In this document: in pieces, positions 27,871-62,980 of the stretch
Layout: every line of letters starts with the position of its first letter
How positions within the stretch are numbered: position 1 is the first letter of the stretch
NCBI RefSeq assembly: GCF_009914755.1
Contig: NC_060945.1
DNA from: the human T2T-CHM13v2.0 reference genome, Homo sapiens
Strand: one strand, 5' to 3'
Length of the DNA stretch: 64,000 nt
The notes under the pieces: generated by a model
Told to the model about the DNA's origin: nothing
Database searches by the model: none
What the model saw: the letters and a program-made list of their open reading frames with translations, nothing else
Position numbers and translations under genes: made by a program

Positions 27871-27899
27871 ACAGACTTTGTTGTTGCAACTAACCCCGT

Positions 27900-30310
<2,411 letters not shown>

Positions 30311-30394
30311 TATCTTACACTGGGAAGATTGTTGCTGGCTCTCAGTCTGCTTCCAGTCTGCTCATATTGCTTTTGTTGTAATGATGGTCATATG

Positions 30395-30605
30395 TGGGAG
30401 CTCAGTATCAAGAGGGCAGACTTGAGCCCACACTGCCAGGCTTCAGACCTCAGCTATTAGCTGAGTGCCCTGGGCAAGTTACCTCACTGGGCCTTGGTTT
30501 CCTCATCTGTTGGAGTGGGGATGGTAATAGTACCTATGTCCAAGGCCATAAGTCCAATTGTGAATGTTGAATGAAGGGATATAGGACAGTATCTGGTACA
30601 CAATT
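30395..30605 (+). mobile_element. MIR fragment
   Basis: MIR core ctgggcaagttacctcactgggccttggtttcctcatctgt...gggatggtaatagtacc. Confidence 0.7.
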
Positions 30606-31317
30606 ATTATAGATTTTTCATTGACATTTTATACATTCTGTTTTCTTCAAAGACTTTTTGGTTCCTGTTTTGCACTCAGATACTTCCTTTTCCTGGAGTT
30701 TATTTGGGAGCACCATGTGAGGTAGTACCTTTATTTCTAGTCACAGGGTGAGCCCTCATCCCAGCCTGCTTCCACCACTCTGAAAGGCCACCATGTCATA
30801 GCCTAAGTTCTCGTGTGTTGTTATGCCCATGGTTGTGTGGAGTGTTGGCCTGTTCCAGCACCAAAACCAAAACTGTAATTTTATCATTTCATTTGATAGC
30901 ACAAGCTTTCTCATCACTCTATTTTTTATTTTGCTCAACTCTTCTTGCTTTTTCTACCAAGTAAAACTTGGATTCATTTTGCAAACTCCTATCTACAAAA
31001 ATGCAAAAAATTTTCTTGGAAACTTTAATTAAAATTGCATTCTATTATAGATTCAGTTAGGAATAACTGATATTTTTAAATCAGTTTAAGATAGTGGGAT
31101 GATTTCTTATCCAAAAACAAGGTTTGTCTTTCCAATATATTTCTCAAAAATTTTTTTGAGTTTTTTTCATAAGTCCTGCACATTTTTATTCAGTTGATTC
31201 CTTGGGTTTATGTTGTTTTTCTTACTAGTGTAAATAGCATTTTTCTGCAACATTTTCTAACTGGTTGTTAGAAAATGTTTCTTCTAACTGATAGAAGAAA
31301 ATCAATAACTTTTTGTA

Positions 31318-32092
31318 TGTTGAGGACTAAGCTCTGATTTTTTTATCTTGCCTATATTGTTATCTAAGGGGTCTAGGGAGTCATGCCCTACAAACCATAA
31401 ATTCTCATCAGATGGTTTTATCTAACCCTATATGCCGTGACTTACTTTCCATCTGACTCTGGCATGACACTACACGACCAAGAAGAAAATAAAAATATTT
31501 TACCCCAAAACATGTTTCTTTGCCACATTTTGAAATGGCCCTGCAAAGCTGTCCTTTACTGGGGAAAATTTGCATCTGTAAGGAATCTCTGTTAACATAG
31601 CTAGCTCTTTTTCTTCCAGGCCCTCCCAATTCTGAAGAGATTAACCGAGAGTCTAGCAGCTTTTAAAGGTCTCAATAGGAAACACTTGTCATTGATTGTC
31701 TCTAAGGGCAGCCACTATGAGACTTCAGAAGAACCTTGGTCTCCACAGTCTTTTATCTTAACCTGAGCATTTCCTTTCTATGATCCCAGGTCTTTAGACA
31801 AACTCAACCAATTGTCAACCAGAAAATGTTTAAATTTACCTGTAGCCTGGAAGCCATCTCTCCCCGCTTTGAATTTTCCTGCCTTTCTGGATTAAACCAA
31901 TGTATTTCTTAAATGTATTTGATTGATGTCTCATGCCTCCCTAAAATGAATAAAACCGAGCTGCACCCCAGCCACCTTGGGTACATGTTCTCAGGACCTC
32001 CTAAGGGCTGTGTCATGGGTCATGGCCACTCATATTTGGCTCAGAATAAATCTCTTAAAATATTTTACAGAGTTTGACTCTTTTCATCAATG
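31318..32092 (+). mobile_element. MER4-group ERV1 solo LTR
   Basis: Starts tgttgaggactaagctctgatt; ends actcatatttggctcagaataaatctct...acagagtttgactctttt, typical of the MER4 group. Confidence 0.8.
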
Positions 32093-32880
32093 ATATATTT
32101 TTCTAAGTGGCTCACTAAATTTTCTCTCCCTAATCTCCCCTCCTTTCTCTTTCTTTCTCTCTTTCTCTCTGTCTATATATATATATATTTTTTTTTCTCT
32201 TTTTTAAAAAAACTTTGTTCAGATGATTTTCTGGGTAGACAATCCTATCTTTAATAAGGACAGTTTTGTCTCTTCTTTTCCAACAGTTATACTTTTATTT
32301 TTACTGTCTTATTGCATTGGCTTCCAACACAACACTGAATGGTAGCGTAAGATCTGCACTGTTTGCCCCCACCCCATTTTTTTTGTACTGTAGTAAGCAT
32401 TCTTCTAATGCAGGATTTTTTAACCCAGGGTTAGATCTACGAATGGAATCCCTGAATTCCTGGACATGATTTCTGTATATGAGCATCTATGCATTTGTGT
32501 AAGGTGAAATTGTGTAGACTCTTAAAAGGGTCCATGACCACAAAGATAAGAACCACTATTTTAGCTTTTTGTGTAAAATATGATGTGAGCTCTTGATTTG
32601 AAATGTATATCCTTTATAGAGTTAATTCTACTCCTAAATTTCTTACTAGGTTTTACCTTGTCTGGCTGTTGTTGTTTCTTAGTTAGAAATTGATGTTTCA
32701 GGGATCTATTGAAGCAATTGCATATTTTTTCCCATTTTATGTTAATGTGACTTACATTAATGTATTCCCTAGTGTTTGTGGCAACACTGTACTTTAACTT
32801 CATATTATAGTTCTGGTATAGTGGTCCTTAATATGCTATTGGATTTTAGTTTTTAATATTGGCTAGAATTTTTGTGATAA

Positions 32881-34375
32881 TGTTATGGGATTTTTAGGGT
32901 GTCACTTTTCTGGCCTGAAACCTCTATGGCCAGTGGCGCCTTTGCCCAAGTTCTTGTCCTGTGTCCAGGAAGAATGAGGTACACAGACAAGTGGAGGGTG
33001 TGCAAGACAGAGAAGCTTTATTGAGTGTTAGGGGAGCTCACAGGAGACCCGCAGGGGGCAGCCCCTCTCTGTAGGCAGGTTGTCTTGTCGGCGGGTTGTC
33101 TTGTCAAATGTTCAGCTCTCAGCAGAGAGAAGGCCCTGGAGTGGGTGGCTCCTCTCTGCAGGCAGGTCATCCCATTGTCTCTGCAGCTCTTAGCAGAGAG
33201 GAGGCCCTCGAGAGCGTGTCTCCTCTCTGCAAACAGGGCATCTCAACTAGTGTTCAGCTCTCAGCAGAGAGAAAGCCCTGGAGAGGGTAGCTCCTCTCTG
33301 CAGCTGGTCGTCCTGACATCCCTTCAGGTCCTGAAGCTCTCAGCAGAGAGAGCACCTCCTCTCTGCAGCTGGTCGTGCCATGCTCTGCCCTGCTCTGACT
33401 GAGCCTGGGGCTTTTAAAGGCCTCAGAGAGGGGAAGTGCATGCTGATTGGTCCATGTGCAGCCATGTGCAGGCCCAGAAGAAAGCACCTTGAGTTCCCCT
33501 CTGGTCCGTAGGACGGGCAACCCGGCCCCCAGGCTTCAGGCCTGCCCCAGCCTGAAGGTGGGGCTTCACTGGGGACCCATCCTCTTCTGCCCAGGAGCCT
33601 ATCTGCCTCCTGCAGCCATCCATGGTGCCCAGGCTGCTGGTACCAAGGGGCACCGGTGCCCAGCCACCCTCAGCACCCCCCCAAGCCTCCCCTCCTGCAC
33701 TTCTCAGTGCCCACAGTTTGGAGGGGGCCAAGTCAGCAGGGGGCTGGCATGTCAGCACTGCCACAAGCATGCACCCACCCGGCCAGGCTGTGACAGTGCC
33801 CAGGCTCAGCCCCAACTCTGCTCTGAGATTGGAGTGGGTGGTGGGAGCGGGAAGAAGCTGGGCAGCGGGAACAGGCACCTCCAGGCCTACAAGGGAAAGA
33901 GGGGCCTTCCCTGGCTCCCCAAGAGTGCAGCGATGCCTGGGTCAGCAGCCCCAGTTGGGGCAGCTGAAACTGCACCAGGAGTGGGGGCTGGCTCCTGCCT
34001 CCTCCATGGAGCAGAAGGCCCAGATCCACAGCCACGACTTGGGCAGTTGTACCTGGGGAACTCTCACCTCGCCAAACTGCAAGGGGCAGGGATCCCACTT
34101 ATCCCCGGCTCCTGCTGGCTCCGTGGAGCATGGTACCTGGCCATGTCCTCTCGCAGCCTGGGGCAGGGTCTCCAGACCTGGGCCAGCATCCCAGACAGGG
34201 GCAACACCGCCGTGAGCTCCCCTTCACCCAGCACACCACCCGGCCCGGCCCCATGGCAGCGGCCCCCAGGGAGGCAGTCTGCGGGGTTGGGGGCCTGTCT
34301 GCCTCTTCCATGGGCCCTCCCTGAGCAGCCAGTGTGATGGCAGCGGCCACACCAGATGGGCTGCCGCTGCCATCA
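32881..34375 (-). mobile_element. MER52-like ERV1 solo LTR
   Basis: TG...CA termini; minus strand starts TGATGGCAGCGGCAGCCC; internal ctctcagcagagag repeats; GC-rich. Confidence 0.8.
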
Positions 34376-35499
34376 GTAATATTTATAGTGATATTTATCT
34401 GTAGAGTTACTTTTAGGGACTTTTTTTTTTATCAAGCTTTGGTCACAGGTTATGCCACATTTAAAAATGAATTGGGAAAAAGTTTATCTTTTTATGTTCT
34501 AAAACAAGTTAAATAGCATGAAGTGCTTGTCCTTGAAGCTGTGAAACTCACCCACAAACTGCCTGAGCTGGCACCTTTGGGAACGGACTTCATTCCTCCC
34601 TGGGCCCCAGGCTGAGCAGGTCTGGCCTGGGTCACCTCATCCACTCCAGACGCCGCAAAATCACAGCAACCCTTCAGGGCCCTCTCCTGGCAGCGCCTCC
34701 CCTAGTCCCGGTGCTTGGACACTCCTCCCATCTGCACCGAGGAGAGGGCGGCACTCCAATCCCTGCATCACCCCTGGAACTGCACGCTCTGAACCAGGCC
34801 CGGTGCCCTTTCTGCCCAGCTGCCCGGCTGCTGCCAGCCCCACTCTGCGGAGCCAGCAGCACAGTGAGGCCCGTCCTGATGGCCTCCAGCTCCACTCTGC
34901 GGAGTCAGCGGGCACAGTGAGGCCCGTCCTGATGGCCTCCTGGAGCTGGAGCTTAGGCCAAGCCACAGGGCATCAGGGAGGATGGACGTTCAAGGGCTGG
35001 ATCTGTTTGCCCCAGGGTCCTGGCACCCAACAGAAAGGAAAGCCAGGCTAATGACGGCTGTGTCCCTACACTTGACAGAGTCCTCCCTCCCTCCTTATCA
35101 AAGTCCTGTTTAAAGGGAATGGAGCCAGGCTGGAGAGAGAGTGCCTAGCTCTGCAGGGGAGCCGGTCTGGGGAAGCTGGGATCTCTCTCCCGCCCTCCCC
35201 TCTGCACTGCTTCCAGGGCAGCCCCAGGCAGTGGGGGGCGCCAGACAGTGGTGCTCCATTCCCTTCCATGCCGACGCGCCCAGCTACCCACTCCACCCAG
35301 CCCTGGAGGACATGGAAGGGCCTCAACCATCCAAATCCCACCCAAAACTGAGCCCAGAGGCACCCACTAAACATCTGTGACCCCACCCAGGGTGGGGCAA
35401 GAGGGCGCAAGCCCCCCAGTCCAGATGCTGGTGATGGTGTGTGCTGGGCGCAGACCCCGCTTCCTTGAAGACTGAGGGCAGTGCCCCCAATCCCGCTGA

Positions 35500-56639
<21,140 letters not shown>

Positions 56640-56916
56640 CGCCGCCGCCCGGGCCCCGCAGTCGAGGGTCGTGAGCCCACCCCGTCCATGGTGCGAAGCG
56701 GGCCCGGGTCCCACACGGCCAGCACCGCTGCTCACTCGGACGACGCCCTGGGCCTGCACCTCTCCAGCTCCTCCCACGGGGTCCCCGTAGCCCCGGCCCC
56801 CGCCCAGCCCCAGGTCTCCCCAGGCCCTCCGCAGGCTGCCCGGCCTCCCTCCCCCTGCAGCCATCCCAAGGCTCCTGACCTACCTGGCCCCTGAGCTCTG
56901 GAGCAAGCCCTGACCC

Positions 56917-56922
56917 AATAAA
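56917..56922 (+). terminator. COL6A2: COL6A2 poly(A) signal AATAAA
   Basis: Canonical hexamer ~280 nt after the stop codon, followed by a GU-rich downstream stretch. Confidence 0.9.
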
Positions 56923-57552
56923 GGCTTTGAACCCATTGCGTGCCTGCTTGCGAGCTTCTGTGCGCAGGAGAGACCTCAAAGGTGTCTTGTGGCCAGGAGG
57001 GAAACACTGCAGCTGTCGCTCGCCCACCAGGGTCAATGGCTCCCCCGGGCCCAGCCCTGACCTCCTAGGACATCAACTGCAGGTGCTGGCTGACCCCGCC
57101 TGTGCAGACCCCACAGCCTTGATCAGCAAACTCTCCCTCCAGCCCCAGCCAGGCCCAAAGTGCTCTAAGAAGTGTCACCATGGCTGAGGGTCTTCTGTGG
57201 GTGGACGCATGATTAACACTAGACGGGGAGACAGCAGGTGCTGAGCCTGTTGTGTTCTGTGTGGAGATCTCAGTGAGTTTTTGCTGTTCAGACCCCAGGG
57301 TCCTTCAGGCTCAGCTCAGGAGCCCCACAGTGAACCAGAGGCTCCACAGGCAGGTGCTGACCTGACAGGAGTGGGCTTGGTGGCCATCACAGGGCACCAC
57401 AGACACAGCTTGAACAACTACCAGTATCGGCCACAGGCCTGGAGGCATCAGCCGGGCCATGCTTCCTCTGGAGGGCTAGAGGAGGACTAGAGAAGGGCCT
57501 GCCCCGGCCTCTCCCCAGCATCCCAGGGTTCCTGATCTCCTGGATAAGGATA

Positions 57553-58308
57553 CAAGTCACCACACTGGACTGGGGCTCAGCCTGCTCTAGAATACCTCAC
57601 CTAAGTCACACTGGACCAGGCTCAGCCTGCTCTAAGGTGAGCTTACCCGAGACACTGGACCAGAGATCAGCCTATCCTGGGATAAGCTCACCCGAGTCAC
57701 ACTGGACCAGGGCTCAGCCTATTCCGGGATGAGCTCACCCGAGTCACACTGGACCAGGGCTCAGCCTATTCCGGGATGAGCTCACCCGAGTCACACTGGA
57801 CCAGGGCTCAGCCTATTCCGGGATGAGCTCACCCGAGTCACACTGGACCAGGGCTCAGCCTATTCCGGGATGAGCTCACCCGAGTCACACTGGGCCAGGG
57901 CTCAGCCTATTCTAGGATGAGCTCACCCAAGTCACACTGGACCAAGGCTCAGCCTGCTCTAGAATACCTCACCTAAGTCACACTGGACCAGGGCTCAGCC
58001 TGCTCTAAGGTGAGCTCACCCGAGACACTGGGCCAGAGATCAGCCTATTCTGGGATGAGCTCATCCGAGTCACACTGGGCCAGGGCTCAGCCTATTCCAG
58101 GATGAGCTCACCCGAGTCACACTGGACCAGGGCTCAGCCTATTCTAGGATGAGCTCACCAGAGTCACAGTGGACCAAGGCTCAGCCTGCTCTAGGATGAC
58201 CTCACTGGAGTCACACTGGACCAGGACTCAGCCTATTCCAAGATAACCTCACCCAAGTCACACTGGACCAAGCTCACCCTGCTCCAGGATGATCTCACCT
58301 GAGCTCAC
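57553..58308. repeat. 47-bp minisatellite, ~16 units
   Basis: gagtcacactggaccagggctcagcctattccgggatgagctcaccc at 57694, 57741, 57788 and onward. Confidence 0.97.
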
Positions 58309-58832
58309 TGCATCTGCAAGGACCCCATTTCCAAACAAGGTCACATCCAGAGGTCTGGGGCTTAGGGTTAGGGGTTGGGGTTGGGGTTGGGGTTGGGGTT
58401 GGGGGTAGGGGTCAGGAGTCAGGGTCAGATTTAGGGTCAGGGTCAGGGTCAGGGTCAGGGTCAGGTTTAGGGTCAGGGTCAGGTTTAGGGTCAGGGTCAG
58501 GGTCAGGGTGAGGGTCAGGTTTAGGGTCAGGGTGAGGGTCAGGTTTAGGGTCAGGGTGAGGGTCAGGTTTAGGGTCAGGGTGAGGGTCAGGTTTAGGGTC
58601 AGGGTGAGGGTGAGGGTCAGGTTTAGGGTGAGGGTCAGGTTTAGGGTCAGGGTCAGGGTCAGGGTCAGGGTGAGGGTCAGGGTGAGGGTCAGGTTTAGGG
58701 TCAGGGTGAGGGTCAGGGTGAGGGTCAGGTTTAGGGTCAGGGTGAGGGTGAGGGTGAGGGTGAGGGTCAGGTTTAGGGTGAGGGTCAGGGTCAGGAGTCA
58801 ACATGTGAAACTGGGGAAATGCAGTTCACTCT
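58280..58832 (-). mobile_element. MLT1 LTR remnant split by a hexamer array
   Basis: catctgcaaggaccccatttccaaacaaggtcacatccagaggt before the array and ggagtcaacatgtgaaactgggg after it resemble contiguous antisense MLT1. Confidence 0.65.
58362..58795 (+). repeat. Interstitial telomere-variant hexamer array (TTAGGG, TTGGGG, TCAGGG, TGAGGG, TCAGGT)
   Basis: About 70 hexamers seen directly. Confidence 0.95.
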
Positions 58833-59364
58833 GGATACCCTGAAACTTTGTTGTCCTTTGAAAAGACTCACTCTTTTCTTCATACTCCACCGCTCTGTCA
58901 TCTGACCACACAGCCTGCAGCTCCAGGGGAGTACGTCAGTTATTTTCTCTTCCTTTCCTCCTTTTCCCATCCCACAAAAAAACTACGCAAATGCCAGCAG
59001 GAGATGCAGAAGAGGCCCGCCTGTTTTGCTAAGCCCCTGCGCCCTGAGTGTCAGCCCTCAGATCTCTGTGCTCCAGGTGAACACCGCGGGTCCCGCAGGT
59101 GGAGGGAGGCAGAGGCCCCTGCAGGTGCACAGGCTCCACCCACAGGAGCTACACAGGAGCTGCCCAGGGCCTCTGCAGGGAGAGGGCGCTCCCCTCTCTC
59201 GTGCCAGCTCCCACGTGTGCAGCCTCGGACCCTGCAGGGCAGGAACGTCAGTCCCACTGGAAGGGACTTCCAGCTACCTACAGGCTCTACCCACAGCTCC
59301 ACCCAGCAACTGCCGCTCACCATTGGCCCTTCACCAATTACACCACACCAGCATCCCCTCACCA

Positions 59365-59750
59365 GCATCCCTCACAAATGTCCCCTCATGGTCCCAACAC
59401 CAATGTCCCCTCAAATGTCCCCTCATGGTCCCAACACCAATGTCCCCTCACAAATGTCTCCTCCCTCACGGTCCTAACATCAATGTCCCCTCACAAATGT
59501 CCCCTCATGGTCCTAACACCAATGTCCCCTCATGGTCCCAACACCAGTGTCCCCTCACAAATGTCCCCTTCATTGTCCCAACACCAATGTCCCCACACAA
59601 ATGTTCCCTCACGGTCCTAACACCAATGTCCCCTCACAATGTCCCCTCATGGTCCCAACACCAATGCCCCCTCACCGTCCCAACACCAATGTCCCCTCAC
59701 AAATGTCCCCTCACCATCCCCAACACCAATGTCCCCTCACCAATGTCCCC
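59365..59750. repeat. Compound minisatellite (aatgtcccctca + tggtcccaacacc)
   Basis: Seen directly. Confidence 0.93.
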
Positions 59751-60008
59751 TCCCAGCCTTCCCTCCTGAGTCCCCTCCCCAGTCTCCCCTCCCAGACTCC
59801 CCTCCCAGCCTCCCCTCCCCAGCATTCCCTCCCAGCCTCCCCTCCCCAGCGTTCCCTCCCAGCCTCCCCTCCCAGCCTCCCCTCCCCAGCGTTCCCTCCC
59901 AGCCTCCCCTCCCCAGCCTCCCCTCCCCAGCGTTCCCTCCCAGCCTCCCCTCCCAGCATTCCCTCCCAGCATTCCCTCCCAGTCTCCCCTCCCCGGCACC
60001 CCCTCCCT
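59750..60008. repeat. C-rich repeat (cctcccctcccagc)n; G-rich on the minus strand
   Basis: Seen directly. Confidence 0.93.
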
Positions 60009-60340
60009 GTCACCCCCTGCCGGCCGGATATGTAGGAACCTTTCATGCTGAGTGATGATGGCCCTGTACCCACACACACCTTGGGTGTTTTTTCTCCCTG
60101 TAGGATTCTTGTCATTTGTCTTGGATGATGACATCTTTTTTCATGAACAAGTATGTTCTATTTTCAGAATGGGAAATCTCTCCAATAAGGCATTTGAGTT
60201 TTCTGCTTCACTCAAGGACACAGTAATCTTCTTTTTAATATCCTGCAGTGCTGACTAACAAATACATTCATACATCATCTGTCACATGTAATAGTCCATC
60301 TAGAAGTAATTTGAGAGTATAGTGATTTGCTAAATTATTT

Positions 60341-60346
60341 TTTAAT
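60341..60346 (-). terminator. FTCD: Candidate distal FTCD poly(A) signal ATTAAA (a second one at 60234-60239)
   Basis: tttaat on the + strand inside an AT-rich patch downstream of the FTCD stop. Confidence 0.6.
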
Positions 60347-60853
60347 GGAGAACTTCTCTGGAGACAGGAGGCTGGCTGGGCAGGGAGCTGAGGCAGGGAG
60401 GAAAAGTCTCCCAGGAGCCACTGGTTGAAGGGTGGACGGGAACTGAGGACAGGGCCAGTACCGTGCTCTGTGGAACTGTCCAGACCTGCCGGGAGCTGCA
60501 CCTGGGAAGCGAGGCTATCCTTCCAGCGTCGAAGGTCCTGCTGTCCCTGGGGTTTCTGTCCCATGCACAGAACCAGGGCCCCTTTCCCTCAGACAAGGGG
60601 CCTCACAGCCCAGGGACCTGCACTGAACCCCAGGTCCTCTGAATACCTGTGACCCTGCCCACTGTGGGCTGCACTGGGTGTCTGGGGACCCTGGCGCTGA
60701 GGTCTGTCTCCTCACGCTGCAACCCCATTCCCTCCAACCCTGGCTCCCATGGGCCACTGACCATATGTCCTGCTCCTGCCCCAAGACCCGCAGCTCAGCT
60801 CTCAGCCCTGCCCCCAAAACCGCCAACACACAACACAGGTTTGGTGCCAAAAC

Positions 60854-60859
60854 TTTACT
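60854..60859 (-). terminator. FTCD: Candidate proximal FTCD poly(A) signal AGTAAA
   Basis: Variant hexamer ~190 nt after the stop, followed on the minus strand by GU-rich tgtgttgtgtgttgg. Confidence 0.6.
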
Positions 60860-61047
60860 GGAGGTCACATGGGACTAGGGGCCTTCTGTCCCTGCCAGCG
60901 CCTCCATTCCCAGGCGATGCCCCGCTGCCTGCCCACCTATCCTCCGGGCCCCACACGAACAAGCTGTGTCCCCACCGAGGTCACAGCTCTGCCCTCTGGG
61001 GATGGGCGAGGGAGGGGCCACAGAGCCCGGAGAGGCCTCCCGCACCG

Positions 61048-61134
61048 TCACTCCTGCCGGGTCTCCAAGCAGTCCAGCACCAGTGCAGCCTGGGTCTTGG
61101 CTTCCTGCAGGAGGCTGGAAACACGATGGTGGAT
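61048..61134 (-). CDS. FTCD: FTCD last coding exon ([28 protein letters not shown]-stop)
   Basis: Recognised C-terminus of formimidoyltransferase-cyclodeaminase; cag/ acceptor. Confidence 0.95.
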
Positions 61135-61299
61135 CTGATGGACACAGGGAAAGAGGGGTCTGGTAGTTCCAGTCTTCAGCCCAGCTTGCTGGGCAGCAAC
61201 CTCCGACCCCCACTGCCCACGGCCAGTCGGCAATCACCCTGAGGCTGTGAATCCAGGCCCCCACGTGGGGTCCGGGCACCACACCTGCCTCCTGCTCAC

Positions 61300-61395
61300 C
61301 TGGTCCTTAAATGCCTCGTCTGTGATGTCCCTCAGGTTGATGAGCACGTTGAAATATGCGCCAAACACGCCCATCTCCAGGGCTTTGGCCGCCAC
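61300..61395 (-). CDS. FTCD: FTCD penultimate coding exon ([32 protein letters not shown])
   Basis: 96 nt; cyclodeaminase NVxINL motif; ag/gt borders. Confidence 0.95.
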
Positions 61396-61957
61396 CTGCA
61401 AGGACCCCAGGGAGCCCCTACATGGATCAAGGCTGAGCAAACTGCCGGAAGGAGGGTCTCTGCCTGACGGGCTCTGGGACAGGCCGGACTTCGTCCTCCT
61501 CCTCACAAGGAGCCCAGCGCAGCCCCCGCTTTCGCCCCACAGAGGGCTAAGCCCCACCACTGAGCTTAGAAAACAAAACTTTCTCTTATCCAAGCAGGGC
61601 TCAGCCCCACAGGAGGCCTGGGAGCAGTCACACTGGAGGCTCTCCGCCACTCTAGGAACCAGGACCACAGTTCTAGAGACAGTCATCCCCTGGAGGGCCC
61701 CCGGAGGCAGCTTCAGGCTAACGGCCCGCCCACTGCCCAGGGACACTTCCCAGGGACTGAGGGGACACTTCTCTGGGACCAGATGCTGAAAAGAGGCGTC
61801 TTTCCTATAAAGAACCCGAAGACCATGAGGTCTTAGGGCAGCTGCAGAAAGTGCTGAGCCCATGAGAGAGACGCTCCTTCTCTGGGACCCTCTGCCCAGC
61901 TGTGGCCCGTCAGTGTGAGGCATCTACTTCCAAGAGCTGCCTTGTGTGCTTTCTCGT

Positions 61958-62250
61958 GTTTTGTTGTTTTTGACCCAGGGTCTTGCTCTGTCACCAAGGC
62001 TGGAGCGCAGTGGTGTGATCACAGCTCACTGCAGCCTTGACCTCCTGTGCTCAAGCAATTCTCCTGCCTCAGCCTCCCAAGTAGCTGGGACCACAGGCAC
62101 CACCGTGCCTGGCTCATATGTATCTATTGTACAGCCAGGGTCCCACTATGTTGCCCAGGCTGGTCTCGACCTCCTCTATTCAAGTGATCCTCCCGCCTCA
62201 GCCTCCCAAAGTGCTGGGACCACAGGCGAGAACCATTGTGCCTGGGCTGA
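61958..62250 (-). mobile_element. AluJ-like element in an FTCD intron
   Basis: Diverged antisense Alu dimer. Confidence 0.9.
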
Positions 62251-62564
62251 CATAGGTGTTTTCTAGAACAAGACAGTGGGGGTGATACAAGGGGTCTTGG
62301 GGGAGTATACACTTATACAGTGGTCAGGGTGGGCTCTGCAGACACATTTGGGTCTCCGTCTGTGGTGCCGCCGTGAGCGAGATCTTAGAAGGCAGCGGAC
62401 ACCCCGGCCCTGTTGGAGGAGGCCAAAGCCCCGGGAACTGCCCGTGAAGTGAGGTCTCCCTACCTGGCTCAGCCCAGCCAACCACCGTGCTCTCCAGCAA
62501 CTCAGCCCCAACAGCTGCTTCCTGCTTTGCGGCAGGAGGCCTGGGGTCCCCCGGGCCCCCCTAC

Positions 62565-62703
62565 CTGGAGGTCTGACCGGCAGGCCAGGTTCCCACACCG
62601 GGCCAGTTCCTGCAGCGCCGGCCACAGCGAGGCCACCGTCTCCGCCAGCGTCAGCGGCACAGAGACTGCCCGCCTCAGACCCTCCTGTAGGGCCGCCGTG
62701 CGC
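62565..62703 (-). CDS. FTCD: FTCD coding exon ([17 protein letters not shown]...[10 protein letters not shown])
   Basis: 139 nt; phases match neighbouring exons. Confidence 0.95.
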
Positions 62704-62936
62704 CTGAAAGGAGCAAGAGGAGAGCCTGAGCACAGCGGCACACACAGGCAGGCAGTGGACACACTGCACCCCAACAGGGCTGAGCAGGCTGCAGAAGCGG
62801 GCGATGGGAAGTCATTCCCAAACACCCAGCACGCCCAGGCCAACCACGCCCCGTCACAGCACCCAGGTACTCGGGATCCTGGCCACCAACTCCCCAGACA
62901 CAGAGGCCCACGGTGCGGCCGGCCCTCCAGGCTCAC

Positions 62937-62980
62937 CTGTCCTTTTCCTCAGGTGTGTTCTTGGGGAGCCTCATTGCTTC
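62937..62980 (-). CDS. FTCD: FTCD coding exon ([14 protein letters not shown]); the gene continues beyond the window
   Basis: 44 nt; tggcag/ and /gtgagc. Confidence 0.93.

Noticed and set aside
33447-34337. 296-aa ORF in intron 1
   Set aside because: Lies inside the GC-rich MER52-like LTR; no domain similarity
34839-34940. Two-copy ~52-bp tandem duplication upstream of exon 2
   Set aside because: Real but ordinary; no motif or splice signal of note
58362-58843. True telomere or fusion site; poly-(Arg-Val) and poly-(Pro-Asp) ORFs
   Set aside because: Single orientation, few canonical TTAGGG units, unique genes on both sides; the dipeptide ORFs simply follow from hexamer periodicity
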